Source of the DNA: Alphaproteobacteria bacterium
GTDB lineage: Bacteria; Pseudomonadota; Alphaproteobacteria; GCA-2731375
DNA: 64,000 nucleotides
Assembly (NCBI GenBank): GCA_030746635.1
Contig: JASLMH010000001.1
Location: 26,416-90,415 of the forward strand
Reading direction: 5' to 3'
Position numbers and translations under genes: made by a program. Shown in pieces: positions 1 to 7,992 of the stretch. The notes below the pieces were generated by a model, which was not told the DNA's origin, did no database searches, and saw only the letters and a list, made by a program, of their open reading frames with translations. Every line of letters begins with the position of its first letter. The stretch's first letter is position 1.

Positions 1-228
1 GGCCTCGCGTACGGCGGCGAAGGCCTCGGGCAGCAAATCCTCCAGCGAGGCGCCATCCCGCTGGCGGCCGCGGAATTCATCGGTCTTGGCACGCAAGGCC
101 TCGTCCGACAGCGCCTCGAACTCCGCTTCCAGGGCATTGATCTGGGCCACCGGTTCGTCGAGCTGCTTCAGCACGCGTTCGTTGGACGAACCGAAAAGGC
201 GCTTGCCGATGCCGCCGAGCAATGTCAT
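1..228 (-). CDS. secA: Preprotein translocase SecA, N-terminal fragment (runs off the left edge)
   Basis: Not in the ORF track. Reverse strand from ATG at 228 reads [76 protein letters not shown], the typical SecA N-terminus. It is divergent from ppi-argJ-mutT, as is usual in alphaproteobacteria. Confidence 0.95.
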   Translation of the reverse strand, partial: MTLLGGIGKRLFGSSNERVLKQLDEPVAQINALEAEFEALSDEALRAKTDEFRGRQRDGASLEDLLPEAFAAVREA

Positions 229-497
229 TGAAGGTCCTTCAGAAACAATACGAACCGGCGCGGTCACCGCTATCCGGCGGCCGCCTTGTCGCGCGATGGC
301 TGAGACATAAGGGGCGGTCGGGTCCCTGTCAACGCAGCCGACGGGATGACGCCAACCGGCCGCCGAGCCCGGATCACAATACTATGTGAGCAATTGCCGC
401 ATCGGCTTGTTCCCGGCCCAGCGATGGCCCATGATGCGGCATCGCGCCGACCGGCCCACCCTGGTTCCGGGAACGCCGAATAGAAGGTCCCCCACCA

Positions 498-1367
498 ATG
501 ATCAGGTTATCGACCGCCGCCGCCGGCGCGGCTTTTACTATTGCCGCGTTGCTGGTGTTTTCCGCTCCTCTCGGCGCGCAAACCGTGGATGACGACCAGG
601 TCGTCGCCTCGGTCAACGACAGCAAGATCCACTTCCGCGACGTGCGCGAGGCCTTTCAAAGCCTGCCGGAGCAGTACCGCGACGTGCCCCTGCCGCAGAT
701 CTACCAGGCCCTGATCCAGCAACTGGTGGAACGCCGCCTGGTCCTGTTGGCGGCGGAGAAAGCGAAATTGGGCGACGATGCCGAGGTCCAGCGGATGCTG
801 CGGCAGGCCCGCGACCGCATCCTCGAACGCGCCTACGTCAACCACCAGGTGGAAAAGGCGGCGACCGAGGAGCGCCTGCGCGCCAGGTACGAGGCGGAAA
901 AGGGCGGCGCCGGCGGCCCCGAGGAAGTGCATGCCCGGCACATCCTGCTGGAAAGCAAGGAAGACGCCGAACACGCCCTGGCCGAGTTGGGCAAGGGCGT
1001 CGATTTCGCGGCCTTGGCGAAGAAACTGTCCAAGGGACCCAGTGGCGCCCAGGGCGGCGATCTGGGCTTTTTCGCCAAGGGCGACATGGTCCCCGAATTC
1101 GCCCAGGCGGCGTTCGCCCTGAAACCCGGCGAGGTTTCGGCGCCGGTGAAGACGCAATTCGGCTGGCACATCATCAAGCTGGTGGCGCGCCGGCAGGCCA
1201 AGGGGCCCTCGTTCGCCGAACGCGCCCCTGCCCTGCGCCAGGAAATCGCCCGCGAGGTGATCGGCGAAAGCCTGGGCACCCTGGCCAAGGGCGCCGAGAT
1301 CAAGGTCTTCAACCTGGATGGCACCCCGGGCAAGGTGCCGGCGATCGGCAGCCGCAACAGCGGCTGA
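498..1367 (+). CDS. Parvulin/PpiC-type peptidyl-prolyl isomerase (exported)
   Basis: Signal peptide, HARHIL and GGDLG..KGDMVPEF rotamase motifs, KTQFGWHIIK. Confidence 0.92.
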   Translation: MIRLSTAAAGAAFTIAALLVFSAPLGAQTVDDDQVVASVNDSKIHFRDVREAFQSLPEQYRDVPLPQIYQALIQQLVERRLVLLAAEKAKLGDDAEVQRMLRQARDRILERAYVNHQVEKAATEERLRARYEAEKGGAGGPEEVHARHILLESKEDAEHALAELGKGVDFAALAKKLSKGPSGAQGGDLGFFAKGDMVPEFAQAAFALKPGEVSAPVKTQFGWHIIKLVARRQAKGPSFAERAPALRQEIAREVIGESLGTLAKGAEIKVFNLDGTPGKVPAIGSRNSG

Positions 1368-1464
1368 GGGAAGTGGCGGCGCCCGCCCCACGCTTGTCCG
1401 GGCGCAGGCGGCCCGCTACCATCCCCCGCCCTTGTCAGCCGTCGCACCAGCTGCTGGATGAGCC

Positions 1465-2703
1465 ATGCCGGAGACGCCGACTTCGCCCTTCGCGCCCGAG
1501 CGCTTCCCGAAACTGCCCGCCATCGCCGGTCTGCGCCTGGCCGCGCTGGCGGCCGGTGAACGCTATCGCGCCCGCGCCGACCTGACCCTGGCGGAACTGG
1601 CGCCGGGCAGCACCATCGCCGGTGTGTTCACCCGATCGACCATGCCGGGGGCGCCGGTCACCTGGTGTCGCCGATATATCGGCCGGGGCCGGGCCCGGGC
1701 GATTGTCGTCAACGCCGGCAACGCCAATGTTTTCACCGGCCGTCAGGGCGCCGCCGACGTGCGCGCCACCGCCGGCGCCGTGGCCGCGGCCGTGGGCTGC
1801 CGGCCGGCCGACGTCCTGGTCGCCTCGACCGGGGTGATCGGCGAGAACCTGGCGGTCGACCGCCTGTTACGGGCGATCCCGCGGCTGCATGGCAAGCTGC
1901 GGCCACGAGCCTGGGCGGCGGCGGCGCGGGCGATCTGCACCACCGATACCTTTGCCAAGGGCGCCGCCGCCGAGGCGACGATCGACGGCCACACCGTGCG
2001 CATCGCCGGCATCGCCAAGGGCAGCGGCATGATCGCCCCGGACATGGCGACCATGCTGGCCTTCATCTTCACGGACGCCAAGTTGCCGGCGGACGTCCTG
2101 CGGTCACTCCTGCGTTGGGCCAATCAGCGCAGCTTCAATTGCATCACCGTCGACGGCGACACCTCGACCTCGGACACGGTGCTGTTGGCGGCCACCGGCC
2201 AGGGCCCTCGCCACGGCAAGGTGGCGGCGGCCGGCGACCGCCGCCTGGCCCCCTTCAAGGCGGCGCTGCTGTCGGTGATGCGCGATCTGGCCCAGCAGGT
2301 GGTGCGCGACGGCGAGGGCGCCTCCAAGTTCATCGAGATCCAGGTCAGCGGCGCCGCCTCGGCCCGGGCGGCCCGGCGCATCGCCCTGACGATCGCCAAT
2401 TCGCCGCTGGTGAAGACGGCGATCGCCGGCGAGGACGCCAATTGGGGCCGGATCATCATGGCCGTCGGCCGGGCCGGGGAAAAGGCCGACCGGGACCGCC
2501 TGGGTATCCGCGTCGGCGGCGTGCAGATCGCCGAGCACGGCCATCCCCACCCCGACTATCGCGAGGAACAGGTGCAACCGCATATGGAGGGGCGGGAGAT
2601 CGAGATCGCCGTCGACGTTGGCGTCGGCCGGGGCAAGGCCACGGTCTGGACCTGTGACCTGACCCACGGCTACATCTCGATCAACGCCGACTACCGTTCC
2701 TGA
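1465..2703 (+). CDS. argJ: Bifunctional ornithine acetyltransferase / N-acetylglutamate synthase
   Basis: KGSGMIAPDMATML and DGDTSTSDT autoproteolysis motifs, DGEGASK, C-terminal WTCDLTHGYISINADYRS. Confidence 0.97.
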   Translation: MPETPTSPFAPERFPKLPAIAGLRLAALAAGERYRARADLTLAELAPGSTIAGVFTRSTMPGAPVTWCRRYIGRGRARAIVVNAGNANVFTGRQGAADVRATAGAVAAAVGCRPADVLVASTGVIGENLAVDRLLRAIPRLHGKLRPRAWAAAARAICTTDTFAKGAAAEATIDGHTVRIAGIAKGSGMIAPDMATMLAFIFTDAKLPADVLRSLLRWANQRSFNCITVDGDTSTSDTVLLAATGQGPRHGKVAAAGDRRLAPFKAALLSVMRDLAQQVVRDGEGASKFIEIQVSGAASARAARRIALTIANSPLVKTAIAGEDANWGRIIMAVGRAGEKADRDRLGIRVGGVQIAEHGHPHPDYREEQVQPHMEGREIEIAVDVGVGRGKATVWTCDLTHGYISINADYRS

Positions 2704-3110
2704 TGCCCAGCGCCCCATTGCTGCTGGTCGCCGCCATCGCCCTGGTCGACATCGATGGCCGGGTGCTGGTGCAGCAGCGGCCCGAGGGCAAGCAGATGGC
2801 CGGACTGTGGGAATTTCCGGGTGGCAAGGTGGAAGCGGGAGAGACCCCGGAGGCATCGTTGATCCGCGAATTGAAGGAAGAACTGGATATCGACGTGACC
2901 GAAGCCTGCCTGGCGCCGTTCAGTTTCGCCTCGCATGCCTATGCCGATTTCCACCTGCTGATGCCGCTTTTCGTCTGCCGCCGCTGGCAAGGCGCCGTCC
3001 GTGCCCGCGAGGGACAGGCATTGAAATGGCTACGGCCGGCGCGCATGGGCGATCTGCCGATGCCGCCGGCCGACAAACCCCTGGTCGCCATGCTGCGCGA
3101 TCTGCTTTAG
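2703..3110 (+). CDS. mutT: 8-oxo-dGTP diphosphatase (Nudix)
   Basis: Nudix box WEFPGGKVEAGETPEASLIRELKEE, translationally coupled to argJ (TGATG). Confidence 0.93.
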   Translation: MPSAPLLLVAAIALVDIDGRVLVQQRPEGKQMAGLWEFPGGKVEAGETPEASLIRELKEELDIDVTEACLAPFSFASHAYADFHLLMPLFVCRRWQGAVRAREGQALKWLRPARMGDLPMPPADKPLVAMLRDLL

Positions 3111-3147
3111 TGCTTTTCAAGCGAAATCCCGGCCAAACCGGGCTGCT

Positions 3148-3498
3148 TCAGTCGGATAGGCGCAGGCTCTGGATATAGGCGACGATGTTCTCGATATCCT
3201 GTTGCGAAAGCTGGATCGGCGGCATCGGCTCGTGCGGCGCCGCCAGGAAGGCCCGCAGGACCGTCGGCGTCTTCGCCGGATCGGTCGCCAGGGTGGCGAA
3301 CGGCGGGCCCACGTCGCTGCTGGTGGTCGCGCCCTCGGCGACCAAGTGGCACTCGGCGCACCAGCGCTTGGCGGCGGCTCGGCCGGCCGCGAGATCGGCG
3401 ACGATCTGCTGGGCAGTCGCAGGCGTCGGCAAGCCGGGTTGTAGGGCGAGCGCCAGGCCCGCCGATAGGATCCAGGTGAGAAGCCGTGTTTTCCGCAT
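3148..3498 (-). CDS. Small periplasmic monoheme cytochrome c
   Basis: Signal peptide, CAECH heme-binding motif, distal PMPP Met ligand. Start placed at ATG 3498. Confidence 0.85.
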   Translation of the reverse strand: MRKTRLLTWILSAGLALALQPGLPTPATAQQIVADLAAGRAAAKRWCAECHLVAEGATTSSDVGPPFATLATDPAKTPTVLRAFLAAPHEPMPPIQLSQQDIENIVAYIQSLRLSD

Positions 3499-3564
3499 AC
3501 GATCAGTATCCTCCGCGCCGTCGCCGCGGCGCATTGCGTTCGCTCAAGGTGGCGGGGCGGCAAC

Positions 3565-4122
3565 ATGAAGGCGCCGTTCCATCTGCCCCTGCGCACCGAT
3601 AATCTGGTGCTGCGCACCCTGGAACGCAACGACGCGCCGATTATCGCCCGCCTGGCCGGCGATTGGGAAGTGGCGCGCTGGACCGCCGACATCCCCCATC
3701 CCTACGACGCCCGAATGGCCCGCGAGTTCATCGCCTGGACGGACGGTGAGTTCGCCGGCGGCCGGCGCTACGTCTTCGCCATCGTCGCCCGCGCCACCGG
3801 CGCTTTCGCCGGGGTGATCTCGCTGACCCTGAACGGCCGGCTGGAAGGCGAGATCGGCTATTGGATCGGCCGGCCCCACCAGGGCCAAGGCCTCGGCCGC
3901 GAGGCGGCGCGGGCGGTGGTCGCCCTGGCTTTCGGCGAATTGGCCCTGAGGCGGGTGGTCGCCGCCTGTCTGCCCGAGAACGAGCCGTCCTGGCGGGTGA
4001 TGGCGGCCTGCGGCATGTCCCAGGTCGGCCAGATCCAGCGCTGGGCACCAGCCCGCCGGCAAACCTTCGAAATGCTGCTCTACGCCGTCGACAACCCGGC
4101 GCCGGAAGCCGATGCGCCGTGA
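3565..4122 (+). CDS. GNAT N-acetyltransferase, RimJ/RimL family
   Basis: EIGYWIG, QGQGLG acetyl-CoA motif, ENEPSWRVM. Confidence 0.88.
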   Translation: MKAPFHLPLRTDNLVLRTLERNDAPIIARLAGDWEVARWTADIPHPYDARMAREFIAWTDGEFAGGRRYVFAIVARATGAFAGVISLTLNGRLEGEIGYWIGRPHQGQGLGREAARAVVALAFGELALRRVVAACLPENEPSWRVMAACGMSQVGQIQRWAPARRQTFEMLLYAVDNPAPEADAP

Positions 4123-4163
4123 CACCGACGGTTACGCCAATTTGCGGAAAGATCGACCGGTAG

Positions 4164-4273
4164 GCATGCTTCGAGACGGGCGCTCCGCGCCCTCCTCAGC
4201 ATGAGGATAACCTATTGAAAATGAAGAACTTTCTTCATCCTGAGGAGAGCCGCAGGCTTGTCTCGAAGGATGC
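4164..4273. repeat. Inverted pair of REP-like palindromes between convergent genes
   Basis: 4164-4206 gcatgcttcgagacgggcgctccgcgccctcctcagcatgagg and 4233-4273 cttcatcctgaggagagccgcaggcttgtctcgaaggatgc are imperfect reverse complements around an AT-rich spacer. Confidence 0.8.
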
Positions 4274-4321
4274 CTGGGGGAGATCATGCTCTTTGCATCT
4301 CGGCATTAGGCAATCGCCCCC

Positions 4322-5848
4322 TCACCAGGCGTCGATCGCCCGCTTGCGGCCGGTGCGCGGCGGCGGCGGCGGCATCGCCTCCAGGGTGCGGGCGAGGAAA
4401 TGCCGGGTATCGGCCGGGTCGATAATGTCATCGATTTCGAACTTGGCCGCGACCTCGACGCCGGTGTTCATACGCTTCAAATCCTCGGTGGCGCGGGCAT
4501 GGATGGCGGTGCGTTCGGCCTCGTCGGCGGCGGCCTCCAGTTCCGCCCGGTGGGTGATATTGACCGCTCCCTCCAGGCCCATGCCGCCGAACTCGGCGGT
4601 CGGCCAGCCGATGCACAACGCCGGGTCCAGGCCGCGCATGCCCATGACATAACCGCCCAGGCCATAGGCCTTGCGCAGGATCACCGTCATGAACGGCGTG
4701 CTGGCGCTGGCCAGGTTGATCAGCAGGCGCCCGGAATGCCGCACCAGGGCGGTCTTCTCCACCTCCGGCCCGACCATCAGCCCCGGCGTGTCGCACAGGA
4801 ACAGCATCGGGATGTCGTAGGCGTCGCAAAGCTGGATGAAGCGGCTGGCCTTGTCCGAGGCGGGGCTGTCGATGGCGCCGGCCAGCACCATCGGCTGGTT
4901 GGCGATCACTCCGACCGGCCGCCCTTCGATGCGGATCAACGAGGTGACGATGGCGCGGCCGAACCTCGACCGCAGTTCCAGCACCGAATCCAGATCGGCA
5001 ATCCCCTCGACCACGCGGCGGACGTTATAGGCCCGGCGCGGGTTCTCCGGGATCAGGGTGCGCAGTTTCTCGCTATCCGGCGCCCGCCAGTCGCCGAGGG
5101 GCGCCTGGAAATAGCCAAGGTAGCGCTTGGCCGCGGCGATCGCCTCGGCCTCGTCGGCCACCGCCAGGTCGACCACGCCGTTGTCGACCTGCACCTTGAT
5201 CGGGCCGATGTCCTCCGGTTGGAAGCGCTCGCCCAGGGCGGCCTCGACCAGGGGTGGGCCGGCCATGCCGATGTTGGCCTTCGGCGTGGCGATCAGTAGA
5301 TCGCACATGCCGGCCAGGTTGGCGTTGCCGGCGAAACAGCGGCCGGTGACGATGCCGACCAGGGGCGCCAGACCGGACAGCCGGGCGAAGGCCATGAAGG
5401 TCGTCAAATCCAGGCCCAGGCCGGAACCAACGCTCAAATCGTGCGGCCGGGCGCCGCCGCCCTCCAGCCAGCAGATCAACGGCAGCCGCAACTGCTCGGC
5501 CAGCTCGAAGATGCGGTCGTGTTTCTTGTGGTTGATCAGGCTCTGGGTGCCGGCATAGACGGTGTAGTCATAGGCCATGACGGCGCAAGGCCGGCCGTCG
5601 ACCTGACCGGTACCCATCACCAGACCGTCGGCGGCGCCCGCCATCTCGGGCCGGGCCGGCCGCGACAGGGCGCCGTATTCGGCGAAACTGCCCGGATCGA
5701 GGAAGGCGTCGACCTGTTCCCGGGCCGTCCAATGGCCGGTCTTGCGCCGCTTCGCCACGGCCTCGGGCCGGGCCGCGTCCAGGGTCGCCGCCCGCAGCCG
5801 GCGGACTTCCTCGACGTCGTCGCGCGACGGCGTCTTCTTATCACTCAC
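4322..5848 (-). CDS. Acyl-CoA carboxylase carboxyltransferase (beta-type) subunit, stand-alone
   Basis: TAREQV..FLDPGSF, YDYTVYAGT, EGGGARP, FLCDTPGLMVGP, LRKAYG, IDDIIDPADTR motifs. Confidence 0.9.
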   Translation of the reverse strand: MSDKKTPSRDDVEEVRRLRAATLDAARPEAVAKRRKTGHWTAREQVDAFLDPGSFAEYGALSRPARPEMAGAADGLVMGTGQVDGRPCAVMAYDYTVYAGTQSLINHKKHDRIFELAEQLRLPLICWLEGGGARPHDLSVGSGLGLDLTTFMAFARLSGLAPLVGIVTGRCFAGNANLAGMCDLLIATPKANIGMAGPPLVEAALGERFQPEDIGPIKVQVDNGVVDLAVADEAEAIAAAKRYLGYFQAPLGDWRAPDSEKLRTLIPENPRRAYNVRRVVEGIADLDSVLELRSRFGRAIVTSLIRIEGRPVGVIANQPMVLAGAIDSPASDKASRFIQLCDAYDIPMLFLCDTPGLMVGPEVEKTALVRHSGRLLINLASASTPFMTVILRKAYGLGGYVMGMRGLDPALCIGWPTAEFGGMGLEGAVNITHRAELEAAADEAERTAIHARATEDLKRMNTGVEVAAKFEIDDIIDPADTRHFLARTLEAMPPPPPRTGRKRAIDAW

Positions 5849-5863
5849 TGGTGCTTCCTTCCC

Positions 5864-7063
5864 TCAAGGCAACAGAACCGTCTCGAACGGATAGCTGGAC
5901 AGCGGCCGATGGCCGTCGGCGGTGACCAGGATCTGCTGCTCCAGTTTCACCGACTCGCGGCCGCCGTCGCGGCCGACCAGGGACTCCACGCACAGGGTCA
6001 TGCCTTCGCGGATGGTGCCGTCGTAGCCGATACGGTCGAAATCCTCGAGATAGGGGATGGCGGGATATTCGTCGCAAAGACCGATGCCGTGGGCCAGGCA
6101 GGAATAGCGGTGGCCGATGCATTCGGGGGGCAGTTGGTAGGCGATCTCGGCGAATTCGCGGAACGCCAGGCCCGGCTTGATCAGCCCCAAATTGTAGTGC
6201 AGTTGGGCGTGACCGATGGCGTAGAGCTCGCGCTGTTCGGGGCTGGGCGGGCCGTCGCCGCACAACCAGCTTCGCGAGATATCGGCGCAATAGCCGTTCG
6301 GGCCGACCAGGTCGGTGTCGAAGCTGACCATGTCGCCGGCCTCGATCACCCGGTTGGAGCATTCCTGGAACCAGGGGAAGGTGCGGGGGCCGGAGGTCAA
6401 CAGGCGGGTTTCGATCCATTCGCCGCCCAACTCGATATTGCACTGGTGCAGGATCGACCACAGGGCGTTTTCGGTGATGCCGGGCCGTAACGCCGCCTGC
6501 ATGCGCCGCATGCCCTCCTCGCAGGCCTCGATCGCCTCCATCATCGCCTGGACCTCGACCTCGGCCTTGATCACCCGGGCCAGTTCCATCACCTCTTCGC
6601 CATCGAGGATCTCGATCTGCCGCTCGGCCAGCGCCCGGTTGCCATGGGGATCGACCTTGTCGACGGCCAGGCGTCGGTTGCCGCCGCCGTGCAGGCGCAG
6701 CAGTTCGGCGATCTCGTCGGCCCAGCGCCCGGCCAGTTCCTCCGACCGCTGACCGGCCTCGAAGTAGAAATAGGCGGTGGCCGGGCGGATTTCGTCGATC
6801 ACCTCGATATCGGCCGACAGATGTTCGCAGTTGTGGAAATCGAACAGCACCACCGGTCCCTCGGTGGGGATGAAGGCGTAGCGGACCTTGTTGTGCATGG
6901 TCCACACCTGCATGTTCGAGGTATCGGTGGCATAGCGGATATTCAGCGGGTCATAGAGCAGGATGCCGGCATAGTCCCGCTGCCTGAGCTGCTCCCGCAC
7001 CCGTTCCAGCCGATAGGCGCGCAGCGCCGGCCGATCGACCGCTGAATCGTGAAATACCGTCAT
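5864..7063 (-). CDS. dddP: M24B-family protein most like DMSP lyase DddP
   Basis: YDPLNIRYATDTSNMQVW, GGEWIETRLL.SGPR..PWFQEC, SFDTDLVG, CADISRSW, HGIGLCDE, LCVE, KLE segments match the DddP subfamily as I recall it. ATG 7063 follows a GAGG RBS. Confidence 0.72.
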   Translation of the reverse strand: MTVFHDSAVDRPALRAYRLERVREQLRQRDYAGILLYDPLNIRYATDTSNMQVWTMHNKVRYAFIPTEGPVVLFDFHNCEHLSADIEVIDEIRPATAYFYFEAGQRSEELAGRWADEIAELLRLHGGGNRRLAVDKVDPHGNRALAERQIEILDGEEVMELARVIKAEVEVQAMMEAIEACEEGMRRMQAALRPGITENALWSILHQCNIELGGEWIETRLLTSGPRTFPWFQECSNRVIEAGDMVSFDTDLVGPNGYCADISRSWLCGDGPPSPEQRELYAIGHAQLHYNLGLIKPGLAFREFAEIAYQLPPECIGHRYSCLAHGIGLCDEYPAIPYLEDFDRIGYDGTIREGMTLCVESLVGRDGGRESVKLEQQILVTADGHRPLSSYPFETVLLP

Positions 7064-7091
7064 CGCCCGCCTCGCCGCCGCCGCTGCCACG

Positions 7092-7766
7092 TCATTCGAT
7101 GATGACGTGTTCCTTGGTGATGATGAAATCGATTTCGTCCCCGGTATCGAGGAAATTCGGCTCGTCGGCGCGGGTTAGGTCATAGGCCTCGGAGCGGGCA
7201 GATTCCCGCATCGCCGCCACCGAATCGAACCAGGTGATGGCACAGCCGTCGATCGCGGGCTGCCGGCCGTCGCGATAGCCGCCCGGCAGGCAATGGCTTT
7301 GCACATAGCGCCGGATCACCGGGATCTCGGCCGCGATGGGCCCGTGCACCTGGCGCCAATAGCGTTGGAACTCATCGACCGGCATGCCCGGCTTGCGATG
7401 CACGAATTCGACGTTCTTCACGCCGCCCTCGGGGATCGGGCCGTCCTTGATGACATGTTCGTTGGTCAGGATCAGGGCCATCGAGGGGCGATCGATGAAC
7501 ACCTCCTCGTCGGCCTGCACGGCGGCGTAGGCATCGGACCCCGCCATGCCGCGCAACACGTCCACGTCGTCGACCCAGATCTCGGCGATGCCGTCGTAGA
7601 CCAGCTCGCCCTTGCGGTAGCCGCCCGGCAGGGCATGGGATTGGATATAGCGGCGCAGGTTCGGCAGCCGCTTCACAACCTCGGCATGGTCGCCGCGCCA
7701 ATAGCTCTGGAAATCCTCGACCGTCATGCCGGTCTTGCGTTTGATGCAGGTGATCGCCTTGATCAT
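7092..7766 (-). CDS. Protein with two tandem EthD domains
   Basis: Two internal copies of RK.GM..E.F..YW...H....RRY.QSH.LPGGYR...DG....W.D. Confidence 0.88.
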   Translation of the reverse strand: MIKAITCIKRKTGMTVEDFQSYWRGDHAEVVKRLPNLRRYIQSHALPGGYRKGELVYDGIAEIWVDDVDVLRGMAGSDAYAAVQADEEVFIDRPSMALILTNEHVIKDGPIPEGGVKNVEFVHRKPGMPVDEFQRYWRQVHGPIAAEIPVIRRYVQSHCLPGGYRDGRQPAIDGCAITWFDSVAAMRESARSEAYDLTRADEPNFLDTGDEIDFIITKEHVIIE

Positions 7767-7862
7767 GGTTTCCTCCCGATTTCTCGGCCTCCCAGCCTGT
7801 CATTGAAGCCGTCGCGCGGCAACCATTCCCCGCCGCCATCGCAGGCAAGAACGACGGCGGCG

Positions 7863-7878
7863 TTAACGCTGCGTTAAC
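7863..7878. promoter_or_regulatory. CtrA-type binding box TTAA-N7-TTAAC
   Basis: gTTAAcgctgcgTTAACc matches on both strands, in the divergent intergenic region between the EthD gene and the PAS kinase. Confidence 0.7.
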
Positions 7879-7992
7879 CAAAGTTGCCGAAAATTAAGGA
7901 AGATAAATGCCCCTCAGGGCCAATTCGGCCGGCGTGGCGCGAACGCCGGTCAAACCGTCAGACAAAGCGCGCACGGGCACGGAATTCAAAGC

